Notes: generated by a model not told the origin, from the sequence alone. Positions 51,528 to 61,333 are shown, counted from the first letter of the stretch. The stretch: DNA of 64,000 nt from an uncultured delta proteobacterium (GCA_963842085.1 CAWJET010000001.1:96001-160000); one strand, 5' to 3'. Made by a program: numbers and translations.

Positions 51528-51743
51528 TCAGGCGTCGAGCATGGCGAGCACGAAATTGCGCTGAATCTGATCGCCCGGCTTGACCCGAAACTCCGCGATG
51601 CGCCCGCCGGCCGGCGCTTTGACCGGTATCTCGACCTTCATCGACTCGATCACCATCACTTCGTCGCCGCGCGCGATCTGCGCGCCGAGCGCGACCGAGA
51701 GTCGGATCACCTTGCCCACCGAGGGGCTCTTTATCTCCACCAC
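51528..51743 (-). CDS. Stand-alone biotin carboxyl carrier protein
   Basis: IESMKVEIPVKAP biotinylation motif. Confidence 0.85.
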   Translation of the reverse strand: MVEIKSPSVGKVIRLSVALGAQIARGDEVMVIESMKVEIPVKAPAGGRIAEFRVKPGDQIQRNFVLAMLDA

Positions 51744-51889
51744 TCTGCCGTCCTTCTCGAGGCTTGTGGGGCGTCTTAGCAAGCGCGGCGCGCGCGCACC
51801 AGTGCTCGAAGAGTGCGCCTTGTGTTTGCGGCCCCCTTGGTTGTAGAGAAACTAAATCAACGCGCTCGCCGCGCTAATGGGGAAACGGC

Positions 51890-53233
51890 ATGAACAGTTT
51901 CGTCGCGACTCGAACGCTGACAGAATATCCGCGCGGCGCCCATCGATGGTCCCTGCTGATCCTGACGGTGCTCGCGTCGATCCTCGGCGCGTATGACTTC
52001 CAGCTCGCACCGTTGCTGCCGATCCTGCTCCCGTACCTGCACATGAGCCACGTCGCGTACGGCGCGTTCGTCACGTTTGCCGTGCTCATTTCTGGAATCT
52101 CCGCGTTTTTCGGCGGTCCGCTGGCAGACCGCTACGGCCGCGTCCTCATCGTTGACGTATGTCTTGGGCTGGTCACCGGCTTGTTGTTCCTGAACGTGTT
52201 GATCACGGGCATCGTCTCGTTCGTCATCCTGCGCACCTTGATGGGAATCGTGGCCGGTCTCACGGCCGGCGCCCTGGCTGCGCTGGTGCGCGATATGTCG
52301 CCGCGGCTCAGCCGCGCGCTGGCATTCGGACTGCTGACGATCGGGCCGGTCGGCGCGAACTTCCTGGCCAACTTCGTTGCCGGAGCGACGCTGCCGATTT
52401 ATCACACCTGGCAGTCGCAGATTTGGATCATGGGATTTCTCGCGGTCGCGATGTACCTACCGATTATTTTGTGGCTGTGCGATCTAAGCCCCCAACTGCG
52501 CATGCAGATTATGAAGACCGAAATCCAGGTGCTCGCCGCCGAGGGACGGCTGCCCAGCGCCTCTGAACTTCCGTCCGGAACCGGAGACGCCTTCCGGCGC
52601 CTGCTTGGCCACCTGGAGGTCTGGCTGCTGGTCATCGGCATAACTGCGAATCTGACGTTGTATTTCGCGATCCAGGGTTTCGGGCCTCTAATGTTCACCG
52701 AAGCGTTTCACTACACGCCGGCCGAAGCGGCCAGGATGAACGAATATTTCTGGCTGGCAAACCTCGGCGCTCTGGTTTTGACGGGGCTGGTGTCCGATCG
52801 CCTGCAAACGCGCAAACCGATCGCAATCTTCGGCGGGGTACTCGCCTGCATCCTGATGGCCTGGTGGATTCCAACCTTCGGTCACGCGCTGCCGCGCGCC
52901 ACGCTGACGATCGTCGCGTCGTTGATGGGATGCTTCCTGGCGATCGCCTACGTGCCATGGGCTGCCCAGTTCTCCGAAACTCTCGAGGATGTCTCCCCCG
53001 CTCTGCAAGCCACTGGATGGGCCTTCTTCGGGCTGGTCGCCCGCGGATGGGTGGCGATCTCCGCGCCGCTGTCGCTCTACGTTGCGGTCCACTACGGATG
53101 GGGCGAGTGGGTGAAGGTCGCGCTCGCTGGAATGATAATCTACATCGTCGCCATGGCGTTCTCGCGCGGCCATGCGGCGGTTGAAGAACACGCTCACGCC
53201 GCTCCGGCGGCCGGTAAGGCTACCGCCGGCTGA
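51890..53233 (+). CDS. MFS transporter
   Basis: GPLADRYGR motif A, second GLVSDR repeat, about 12 TM segments. Confidence 0.9.
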   Translation: MNSFVATRTLTEYPRGAHRWSLLILTVLASILGAYDFQLAPLLPILLPYLHMSHVAYGAFVTFAVLISGISAFFGGPLADRYGRVLIVDVCLGLVTGLLFLNVLITGIVSFVILRTLMGIVAGLTAGALAALVRDMSPRLSRALAFGLLTIGPVGANFLANFVAGATLPIYHTWQSQIWIMGFLAVAMYLPIILWLCDLSPQLRMQIMKTEIQVLAAEGRLPSASELPSGTGDAFRRLLGHLEVWLLVIGITANLTLYFAIQGFGPLMFTEAFHYTPAEAARMNEYFWLANLGALVLTGLVSDRLQTRKPIAIFGGVLACILMAWWIPTFGHALPRATLTIVASLMGCFLAIAYVPWAAQFSETLEDVSPALQATGWAFFGLVARGWVAISAPLSLYVAVHYGWGEWVKVALAGMIIYIVAMAFSRGHAAVEEHAHAAPAAGKATAG

Positions 53234-53240
53234 CGCTCGT

Positions 53241-54797
53241 CTACGGGCGCATCGTGCGCGTGCGAATCCCCAACTGCGTGGGAACTATCTCGTACGCCTG
53301 ATGCACCCAGTCAACCAGGAGCGGCCGCGTGTCGCGCGGATCGATTATCTCCTCGATGCCGAACGCCTCCGCGGTGCGAAGCGGCGATCGCACGGCGTTG
53401 AATTTGTCCTCGAGCTCTTTGCGCAACTTTTCCGGATCGCTCGACGCCGCCAGGTCGCGCTTGTACGCCGCCTCGATTCCACCCTCTATCGGCAGCGAGC
53501 CCCAATCCGCCGACGGCCACGCGTAGCGAAGATTCAGCCCCGTCGTGATCCCGTGGCCCGCGCCCGCCACGCCGAACGCCTTGCGCACCATGATCGCAAC
53601 TAGCGGCGTCGTCGTCTGAAACATCGCGTACAGCGCGCGCACGCCGCGCCGAATCGTCCCCGCCATCTCGGCCTCGCGCCCTATCAGGAAGCCCGGCTGA
53701 TCGACGAAGTTCACCACCGGCAGATGAAACGTGTCGCAAAGGTCGATGAACTTGACCATCTTGTCCGACGCCGGACCGTCCAGCGACCCGCCAATCGAGA
53801 ACGGATCGTTCGCCATCACACCCACCGGGAATCCGTCGAGCCGCGCGAATCCCGTCACCAGCGACGGGCCAAAGTAGGGAGTCATCTCGAAGAACGACTC
53901 GCGATCCATCACGAGCTCCAGGATTCGCCGCACGTCGTAACCATGGCGCCGATTGCGCGGCACGATGCTGATCAGCTCCTCTTCGCGGCGGCTGGGGTCG
54001 TCGTCGGGCGTCGCGCGCGGCGGCGCCTGCCATACGCTCTGCGGCAGATACGACAGGAAGCGGCGAATCTGCGCGAACGCGTCGTCCTCGTTCTCGGCTT
54101 CGTTGTCCACCGCGCCGCTCATGTGCGCGTGGATTTCGGAGCCGCCGAGTTCCTCCTTGGTCAGCTCCTCGCCCACGCCCCATTTGACCACCGGCGGTCC
54201 CGCGACGAAAAGCTGGCTCGTCCCGCGGATCATCACCGAGAAATGCGACGCCGCCACGCGCGCCGCGCCGATTCCCGCGACCGAGCCCATGCATCCCGCG
54301 ACGACAGGCACCTCGCCCATCAACTTTACCAGCACGTCGAAGTCGGGATTGGCAGGGACGTAGGTGCGCTTGAGCGTCTCGAACGAGCGCGCGCTGCCAC
54401 CGCCGCCGGTGCCGTCCACCAGCCGAATTATCGGGATATGCAGCTCATGTGCGATCAGTTCCGCGTAGCTCCGCTTGTTGCCGATATTTGCGTCCGCCGC
54501 GCCGCCCCGCACGGTGAAGTCGTCGCCGCCGACCACCACGCGCCGCCCGTTGATTCGTCCCGTGCCACCAACAAAGTTCGCCGGCATGATCGACGCGAGC
54601 GTCTCGCCCTCGTACTTCGGCGCTCCCGCCAAGGCGCCGTACTCGTGGAACGTGCCCGCGTCGAGTAGCCGCTCGATGCGCTCGCGCACGGTGAGCTTGC
54701 CGCCGTCATGCTGGCGCTTGATGTTGTCGGCCCCGCCCATCGCTTTCGCGAGTTCGACGCGTCGGCGAATCTCTGCGACTTCCTTCTCCCACGACAT
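53241..54797 (-). CDS. Acyl-CoA carboxylase carboxyltransferase (beta) subunit
   Basis: GKLTVRERI, DDFTVRGG, AGPPVV, EELGG, VDQPGF, IIDPRDTR. Confidence 0.92.
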   Translation of the reverse strand: MSWEKEVAEIRRRVELAKAMGGADNIKRQHDGGKLTVRERIERLLDAGTFHEYGALAGAPKYEGETLASIMPANFVGGTGRINGRRVVVGGDDFTVRGGAADANIGNKRSYAELIAHELHIPIIRLVDGTGGGGSARSFETLKRTYVPANPDFDVLVKLMGEVPVVAGCMGSVAGIGAARVAASHFSVMIRGTSQLFVAGPPVVKWGVGEELTKEELGGSEIHAHMSGAVDNEAENEDDAFAQIRRFLSYLPQSVWQAPPRATPDDDPSRREEELISIVPRNRRHGYDVRRILELVMDRESFFEMTPYFGPSLVTGFARLDGFPVGVMANDPFSIGGSLDGPASDKMVKFIDLCDTFHLPVVNFVDQPGFLIGREAEMAGTIRRGVRALYAMFQTTTPLVAIMVRKAFGVAGAGHGITTGLNLRYAWPSADWGSLPIEGGIEAAYKRDLAASSDPEKLRKELEDKFNAVRSPLRTAEAFGIEEIIDPRDTRPLLVDWVHQAYEIVPTQLGIRTRTMRP

Positions 54798-55233
54798 ACG
54801 ATTCTCCTGGCTAATGGGGACTCTTGAAGCTAGACCGCTCCGAGGCCTTCCAAAAGCGCGCTCATCTAATTGAATGTGACTGACCGAATAGGGCCGAAAT
54901 GAGCAATGAATACCATATGTGGTGGTTCTCGGACGGCCCCTCTACCATCGGTAGCTTCGTTCCGTCAAAAAATGTTTTCACAGGAGGCTGCTGTCGCCCG
55001 ATTTGGGGCGAGCTATGCGGGTGTGGGGAATCGTGACGCATACTGTATGGGTAGCACAAAAAGTTCGCCGGGGTCAGGCTGAAAAGTTCATCGCCCCACT
55101 GATTCATCGAAACTGGACCAGAGCCGAAAGAAACGAAGAACTCGTACTCGCTGCAAAACTCCTTGTCTCGATCCCGAGCGAAGGGAAGAAATCCGGCTTT
55201 TGTGCTTTCCTGATCGGCCGCCGCGGCTCCGAC

Positions 55234-55383
55234 ACCTCGCCCGTTATTTTTACGGGAGAGGCGGCCGACCGCATCGCGGCCGGTAGGTGAGGGTTCCGCG
55301 TTTCAACCTGCATGCGTGCAAGGCCACTCCGCTCCGAGTTCTCTCTCCGTGTCATTCAGAGCGAAGCGAAGAATCCCGGATCC
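55234..55383. repeat. REP families A and B, inverted relative to the 59.5-kb cluster
   Basis: ACCTCGCCCGTTATTTTTACGGGAGAGG...GGTAGGTGAGGG and GTCATTCAGAGCGAAGCGAAGAATCCCGGATCC. Confidence 0.7.
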
Positions 55384-55459
55384 GGCGTTGCGCAATGGCA
55401 GTCAAATTTTAGAGAAGTGGACAGAAATGGCCTGCCCTGTTGGAGTCTCTACGAAAATG

Positions 55460-55926
55460 TTTCCTGTATCGGCGGCAGAGAGAGCAACAAACACTGGAAC
55501 AAACGGCTCGGCAAGCGAGAAGCATATGCCACGAAAACGCCAGTCATCGGCGTGATCGCGCGCAAGGGCAACGTCATCTGCCAAGCGGTGAACGAACTTG
55601 GTTTCACCACTCAAGAAGATTTCGTGCGTAGAGCCGTATCGGACAAGGTGACGCTCGTTGCGACCGATCAGCACGCAGGCTACCGGAATCTCCGCAAGCC
55701 CGGTCTGCCGCATCAGCAGGTCAATCACTCTGAGAAGCAATATGTTGTCGGCTCCGTTCACACGAACACGATTGAGAATTTCTGGAGCCTGCTCAAGCGG
55801 GGAATCATCGGCAACTATCGTCACGTCAGCCGCGAATATTTGCCGCTGTATCTGAATGAATTTTCGTTCCGGTTCAACAGCCGCAAAAACCCTGACATTT
55901 TCGATGCAATCATGGCAGGATGCTGA
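55460..55926 (+). mobile_element. IS1595-family (ISXO2-like) transposase, 5'-truncated remnant
   Basis: IGG..NKH..KR, TDQHAGY, VNHS..QYV, HTNTIENFWSLLKRGI.G.Y..VS..YL..YLNEF.FRFN; first catalytic D and zinc ribbon missing. Confidence 0.85.
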
Positions 55927-56105
55927 GTTCGCCATGCTGGCGGCGGCCTCAGCGAAAGCCAGAGGCGAGCATACCAAAGCAATTAAGACTTGCGCTCCTT
56001 GGTTCCTAGTCGCAATCCAGCCTCCGCAAGTTCACAAATCGCCGTAACTGCGGTAATCGGATTTTCTGGTCGCAGATAGTGGCCTGCCCCCCGATGCCCG
56101 TCAGA

Positions 56106-56963
56106 TTATAAGTAGAGTCGGTCGTGGTTTTGGCCCTCTCGGGGCGGTTGCTGTTGCTGTCTTTTAAGCATGGCGAACTCGATTGGTGTCAATGCGCCGA
56201 GGCTGCTGTGTGGTCGGAGGTGATTGTAGTCGTAACGCCACGCTTCGATGGTCTCGCGCGCTTCGGCCAGGGTGAGGAAAACGTGCTCGTTGAGGCATTC
56301 GTCGCGCAGCCGGCTGTTGAACGATTCGACGAAAGCGTTCTGCACCGGCTTGCCGGGTTCGATGTATTGCCACTCCAGTCGCCCGGTGGCCCAACGCAGC
56401 ACTGCGCAGCTGGTGAGCTCGGTCCCGTTGTCGCTAACCACCATCCGTGGCAGTGCGCGCTCAGCTGTTAGCCGGTCCAGTTCGCGCACCACGCGCACCC
56501 CGCCCAGTGAAGTGTCCACCACCGTGGCCAGGCATTCGCGGCTGAAGTCGTCGACCACGCATAGGATGCGGAAGCGCCGCCCGTCGCTCAGTGCGTCGGC
56601 CACGAAGTCCAGTGACCACCGTTGGTTGATCGCGCCCGGTAGCGTCATCGGCGTCCTGGTTCCCAGCGCGCGCTTGCGCCCTCTGCGCCGGCGTACCATG
56701 AGCTTTTCCTCGCGGTACAACCGATAGAGCTTCTTGCGGTTCAGCACGTGACCTTCCCTCTCCAGCAGCCAGCCCAGGCGCCGATAGCCAAAACGTCTGC
56801 GCTCAGCGGCCAGCTCGCGCAGCCGCTGCCGCAGCAGCGAATCGTCCGGCCGCCGCGGCCGATAGTGCATGCTCGAGCGATTGAGTCCGACCAGCCTGCA
56901 TGCGCGCACCTGGCTCAGCCCGCGCTGCTCGACCAGTCGAGCAACCGCCGCCTTCCGCGCCAC
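56106..56963 (-). CDS. IS3 transposase OrfB (DDE integrase core)
   Basis: [53 protein letters not shown]. Confidence 0.95.
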   Translation of the reverse strand: MARKAAVARLVEQRGLSQVRACRLVGLNRSSMHYRPRRPDDSLLRQRLRELAAERRRFGYRRLGWLLEREGHVLNRKKLYRLYREEKLMVRRRRGRKRALGTRTPMTLPGAINQRWSLDFVADALSDGRRFRILCVVDDFSRECLATVVDTSLGGVRVVRELDRLTAERALPRMVVSDNGTELTSCAVLRWATGRLEWQYIEPGKPVQNAFVESFNSRLRDECLNEHVFLTLAEARETIEAWRYDYNHLRPHSSLGALTPIEFAMLKRQQQQPPREGQNHDRLYL

Positions 56964-56968
56964 AGGCT

Positions 56969-57235
56969 TCAGACGTTTTTTCCGAGCAGGTCCTTCAGCG
57001 CTGAGTTGTCCAGCATTGCTTCGGCCAGCAGCTTCTTCAGCCGCCGGTTCTCATCCTCCAGCGACTTCAGGCGGCGCGCCTCGGATACGTCGAGCCCGCC
57101 GTACTTCGCTTTCCACTTGTAAAAGGTCGCGCTTGAGATCCCGTGGCGGCGGCAAACCTCCTCGGTCTTCGCCCCCGCCTCATGTTCGCGCAGCACCCCG
57201 ATGATCTGCTCCTCGCTGAATCGGCTGCCTTTCAT
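56969..57235 (-). CDS. IS3 transposase OrfA; -1 frameshift window (A6C) at 56975-56981
   Basis: [36 protein letters not shown]; OrfB lies in the -1 frame. Confidence 0.95.
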   Translation of the reverse strand: MKGSRFSEEQIIGVLREHEAGAKTEEVCRRHGISSATFYKWKAKYGGLDVSEARRLKSLEDENRRLKKLLAEAMLDNSALKDLLGKNV

Positions 57236-57824
57236 TGCCCGTCTCCTTTCTGTCGACGGACTCTACCTCAAAACTGCTGGGCGTTAGGGGGTCAGGCCAA
57301 TAGAAGCCATCCTGTTGTTGTAGGATAATTTCGTTCAATCTGAATCGGTCAATTAGTTTTTGAATCCGACCACCAAATTTCGTCGTAAAGTTCTCGCGAA
57401 ACACTCGATTGAATTCCTTCAAACGAGAATCATGTAATTCTAGTTCGCGAGGATCATTCATAACAGGCGCCGACATTCTCCATATATTCGAGAAACCAAC
57501 TATATCGGTTACTAGCGAGAATGCTTCGTTCATTATCCGCTCAGGATCATCAAGCGATGCCTTCCGATATTCGGGTATTAATATCGCCAAGAGAGCCACG
57601 ACAACCAAGGCCGCGAATATCGTCGCAAGAATTGCTTGTGCACAGCTTCCAGAAGCCGGTGGATATAGACTTACGAAAAAACCAATGACGCCCATCAGCA
57701 CCCCCAATATCGCAGCTGAATTGGCCGACAGTGCGCGTTGCATCGTGCGAAGGCTCTGTGGAATTGTGATTGGCATTTCGTCGGACTAATGACTTCCAGA
57801 TTCCACAGGTTATACTGCGGATCG

Positions 57825-58016
57825 ATGAGAAAAGGCACGAACAAAGAAGGCGATGCCGAATTGATAAAACGGCTCCAGGCGAAAGCGCCCGAAGTGCTGA
57901 GCGCAAAGGTGGACTTCGATGACCTCATAAACCAAGTCCTAAAGGCGGATGCGCTGCCAACCAACAAGTCAGAATCGAGACTGCAATCCCGGCACAGAAA
58001 AACACGGTCCCGATAA
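57825..58016 (+). CDS. Small basic hypothetical protein (63 aa)
   Basis: MRKGTNKEG...VDFDDLINQVLKAD...; no recognised family. Confidence 0.4.
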   Translation: MRKGTNKEGDAELIKRLQAKAPEVLSAKVDFDDLINQVLKADALPTNKSESRLQSRHRKTRSR

Positions 58017-58071
58017 TCGTTCGCCACTTAAACGCGCTTCTTGTCTGCGGACCTTTTGGGGGAAACTTGAG

Positions 58072-58701
58072 ATGCCAGCCAGCGATGACGAGCAGAATCC
58101 ACGCCAACCCGAACCCAATTGGGTAGACAAATGGATCCTCTACGTTTCTGTCGCCGGCGTAGTCGCTGTCATCTTCTACGCAGGGGAAGCCCGCAGGCAA
58201 AATGGCCTGATCGCGCGGAGTGTTGAACAGGAAGTGTTGAACAATCGACCAGTCTTGATCGGGAATGGTGTAGAGACGATGCAGAAGACACCTGACGGCG
58301 TGCCCATGCAAGTAAAAGTACACCTGAGAAACTACGGCAAGACGCTCGCAGTCGGTGGTGTCGTCGCGGGGGAAATTCTCATCAGAGCGGCTGGTGAACC
58401 AACACCCGTTGACGCCGACTGTGACGAAGCTGGTAAACTGCCGAAAGCAAATATTCCGTTCGTAGACGTGGAGCCTGCGGTTGCGCCAAACGAAGCTGCT
58501 GAACCTATGTGGGTTCCAACTTCCGATCAACCGTTGCCCAGAGCTAACTACGGCGCTGTTCTCTACGTAGTGGGGTGCGTCTATTACTTCGGTCTTGATA
58601 GAGAAAAAAGATATTTCTCTGACGTGTGTGTTACATGGGTGCCCAAAGCGCCCCAAGAATTCCAAACTTGCGACGACGCCACTCGCAACTACGCACACTA
58701 G
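58072..58701 (+). CDS. Membrane-anchored hypothetical protein
   Basis: TM WILYVSVAGVVAVIFYA; then RPVL...HLRNYGKTLA...YVVGCVYY. Confidence 0.65.
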   Translation: MPASDDEQNPRQPEPNWVDKWILYVSVAGVVAVIFYAGEARRQNGLIARSVEQEVLNNRPVLIGNGVETMQKTPDGVPMQVKVHLRNYGKTLAVGGVVAGEILIRAAGEPTPVDADCDEAGKLPKANIPFVDVEPAVAPNEAAEPMWVPTSDQPLPRANYGAVLYVVGCVYYFGLDREKRYFSDVCVTWVPKAPQEFQTCDDATRNYAH

Positions 58702-58727
58702 TAGTAACGCCAGCGGCAACGCGATGG

Positions 58728-59173
58728 TCAAGCCGCGTATTGGCGTCGGGTGTCGGCGACTGTCTGAAAGAAATCGAGCGGCGCCATGTTTTCTGTGATC
58801 TCCTCCGGAAACGCAAAGAAATAGACGAGAGAATCGGCCACAAGCAGTTTCTCAAAGTCCTTGCGGAGATTATGGTGACATTCGATCTCCCCGACGATGA
58901 GCGCCTGCATGGGATAACGCTCGCTCTTCAGGTCGGGGGATCATAAAGAAGTGCGCAAAAGTCGAATAACATCTCACTATCTTCATCGCGCTTGTGGCCG
59001 TATGCGCATTCAATTCCCGCTTGGTGGAGAGTGGCCAAGCGCCTCTCAATAGCAGCGCCGATTATATCCGCCCATCCCTTCCGCGTATTGCGGAGTTTGC
59101 TCGCCACCTCGTCAAGCGCCTCGCGGACAATACGGACGAGTGTGCTTTGATCCGGCAATGGCTGGACGTGCAT
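58728..59173 (-). pseudogene. Putative PD-(D/E)XK-like nuclease, frameshifted at homopolymer 58935-58939
   Basis: EMLFDFCALLYDP / DLKSERYPMQALIVGEIE...KDFEKLL; AGGAG RBS. Confidence 0.45.
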
Positions 59174-59498
59174 TTTGTTCTCCTACTTGACCGTCTAAGG
59201 CGCAGCAGCATGGCGGCGGTCCATCGACGTTGAGTTATCAAACCACAGCGCGACCGACAACTTAAGAAAAGTGTCTTTTTCTGTCTGAGGCGAGCAAATC
59301 CGAGACGATGCGAGGGCTCCCCGATTTGGGAACCCCCGCTTTTTCCTATCCGAACCGACACCAGTCGATGCCGTTAGATGCCCCCGACCACCTTAGCAAT
59401 CTGGTGCCTTCGACCATTCGGGTTTGTTGTCAGCGTCCGCACCTTTGGCGCAATCGGTGCTCCAAAGTCCCTTTGCTTCAGTTGAGACGACACAAAAT

Positions 59499-59714
59499 GT
59501 TCCTGCACCCTCACCTACCTCGCTGCGCTCGGCCTCCTCTCCCGTAAAAGTAACGGGCGAGGTAGGATCCGGGTTCCTTCCCTGCGGTCAGGATGACGCA
59601 AAACGTTCCTGCGCCCTCACTTACCTCGCTGCGCTCGGCTCCGCCTCTCGCGTAAAAGTAACGGGCGAGGTAGGATCCGGGTTCCTTCGCTGCGCTCCGG
59701 ATGACACAAAAAAA
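59499..59714. repeat. Two tandem composite REP units of 106 and 110 bp (A+B, BIME-like)
   Basis: GTTCCTGC.CCCTCAC.TACCTCGCTGCGCTCGGC...CGTAAAAGTAACGGGCGAGGTAGGATCCGGGTTCCTTC...GGATGAC twice. Confidence 0.85.
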
Positions 59715-59715
59715 G

Positions 59716-59815
59716 TTCTAACAGGCCGTCAGGCCGCATCTTCTTTCTCACTAAGGTGCAGGGGTTACCCCTGCCCAGGGATGCGCGAAACCCACGGCGG
59801 GTTTCGCATACATTC
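59716..59815 (+). repeat. Family C structured repeat (uninterrupted copy)
   Basis: TTCTAACAGGCCGTCAGGCCGCATCTT...CTAAGGTGCAGGGGTTACCCCTGCCCAGGGATGCGCGAAACCCACGGCGGGTTTCGCATAC. Confidence 0.75.
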
Positions 59816-59914
59816 GCATACAATTGAGTTCTCCATTTTGTTCTGCGCTACGCGCGCAACGCGGGGCGCGGGCGTTTATCGTGTGCGGTCTTCCTGTTAG
59901 CTTCTCATTTAACG

Positions 59915-61333
59915 ATGACGGCGGCGCTTACAGACTCGATGACTACCGCCAATGGGCGCGAAGCCGGCGCGTTGCCGAATCCGCGGCATGCGTTGCTTAC
60001 CGGATGGGGGCGGTATCCGCTCTCGGAGAGCGATGTTTATCGGCCTGATAAGATTGGCGAGCTGCGGGCGGTCGTGACTGCCGATGCGACTTCGCTGATT
60101 GCGCGCGGGGCGGGACGGGCTTATGGCGATGCGGCACTGAACGATCAGAATCGCGTCGTCGATCTTACGCGGCTTAATCGGATGCTCTCGTTCGACGGCG
60201 CGACCGGCCTGTTGCGATGCGAGGCCGGCGTGACCGTTGCGGAGTTGATCGATGTTTTTTTGCCGCGTGGTTTTTTTCCGCCGGTAACTCCGGGCACGCG
60301 CTTCGTTACGCTTGGCGGATCGATCGCCGCCGACGTGCATGGCAAGAATCACCATCGCGACTCCTCGTTGGCCTCGCACGTGACCAGCTTCGACCTGATG
60401 GTCGCGTCGGGCGAGGTGCTTCGATGCTCGCGCGAGGAAAACGCCGGGCTGTTCTGGGCGACGGTCGGAGGGATGGGTTTGACCGGCGTGATCCTCGAGC
60501 TTGAACTGAGGATGCGGCGGGTCGAGAGCGCGTATCTCGATGGCGAGCTGATCCGCGCCGGCAATGTCGATGCGGCGATCGAGGCTTTCGAGCGCACCGA
60601 CGCGCAGTACGGCTATTCGGTCGCGTGGATCGACTGCAACAGCGGCAAAGGCGCGCTCGGCCGCTCGGTGCTCAACCTCGGCAACTTTGCGACACTCGAT
60701 CAGCTGCCGCGAAATCTCGCGCAGAATCCGCTGAGCACGATGCCGAAGCTCAGCCCGATCGTGCCGTTCGACTTTCCGGGATTTGCGCTGAACTCGCTGA
60801 CCGTCAGGGCCTTCAACGCGGTCATCTGGGCGTTGAATCGCGACAAGGCGGCGCACACTATTTTCGACTGGGAAAGTTTTTTCTATCCGCTCGATTCGAT
60901 CCGCAACTGGAACCGAATCTACGGCAAGCGCGGCTTCGTCCAATATCAATGCGTGTGGCCGCCCGACGAAAGCCGCGCCGGGCTGGTCGAAGTGCTCGAG
61001 GCGATCAGCCGCAGCCGGCGCGGCTCGTTTCTCGCGGTGCTCAAGAAGTTCGGCGCGCAGGACGGGCTGCTGTCTTTCCCGATGCCCGGCTACACGCTCG
61101 CGCTGGATTTCCCGGTGACGGACGGGCTGCTCGAATTTCTTTCTTCGTTGGACGCGATGGTATTGAAGCGCGGCGGCCGCGTGTACCTGGCCAAGGACGC
61201 GCGCATGTCGCCCGAGACCTTTCGCGCGATGTATCCGAATCTTCCGAAGTGGCAGGCGGCGAAGGCCGTCGCCGATCCCGACAACCGCTTTTCGTCGAGC
61301 CTGTCGCGCAGGCTTGGGATGTACCCCGCCTGA
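59915..61333 (+). CDS. FAD-linked oxidase, decaprenylphosphoryl-beta-D-ribose oxidase (DprE1)-like
   Basis: ARGAGRAYGDAA, VTPGTRFVTLGG..A.DVHGKNHH, WNRIYG.RGF.QYQ, GGRVYLAKD. Confidence 0.88.
   Translation: MTAALTDSMTTANGREAGALPNPRHALLTGWGRYPLSESDVYRPDKIGELRAVVTADATSLIARGAGRAYGDAALNDQNRVVDLTRLNRMLSFDGATGLLRCEAGVTVAELIDVFLPRGFFPPVTPGTRFVTLGGSIAADVHGKNHHRDSSLASHVTSFDLMVASGEVLRCSREENAGLFWATVGGMGLTGVILELELRMRRVESAYLDGELIRAGNVDAAIEAFERTDAQYGYSVAWIDCNSGKGALGRSVLNLGNFATLDQLPRNLAQNPLSTMPKLSPIVPFDFPGFALNSLTVRAFNAVIWALNRDKAAHTIFDWESFFYPLDSIRNWNRIYGKRGFVQYQCVWPPDESRAGLVEVLEAISRSRRGSFLAVLKKFGAQDGLLSFPMPGYTLALDFPVTDGLLEFLSSLDAMVLKRGGRVYLAKDARMSPETFRAMYPNLPKWQAAKAVADPDNRFSSSLSRRLGMYPA

Larger units (their letters stand above)
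56080..57299 (-). mobile_element. Complete IS3-family element (IS407 group-like), 1220 bp
   Basis: Imperfect terminal inverted repeats TGGCCTGCCCCCCGATGCCC / TGGCCTGACCCCCTAACGCCC; 4-bp target duplication ATAG at 56076-56079 and 57300-57303. Confidence 0.95.
55983..57776 (-). pseudogene. Two-TM hypothetical protein gene (about 189 aa) interrupted by the IS3 element
   Basis: Removing the IS and one ATAG copy joins ...QQDGFY to LRPENPITAVTAICELAEAGLRLGTKERKS-stop in frame. Confidence 0.7.

Noticed and set aside
55043-55058. CTGTATGGGTAGCACA as a LexA box
   Set aside because: The right half-site is not ACAG and no SOS gene follows.
55396-55437. IS-end-like sequence (TGGCAGTC...GTGGACA and TGGCCTGCCC) at the IS1595 truncation point
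   Set aside because: Only a 10-bp match to the IS3 inverted repeat, with no partner end or target duplication.
58928-58930. TGA ending ORF 58928..59173 as a second selenocysteine candidate
   Set aside because: The plausible continuation is in a different frame and there is no Cys-motif context; a frameshift explains it better.
59499-59714. Possible CRISPR array
   Set aside because: Only two long palindromic units, no unique spacers and no cas genes; matches the dispersed REP families.
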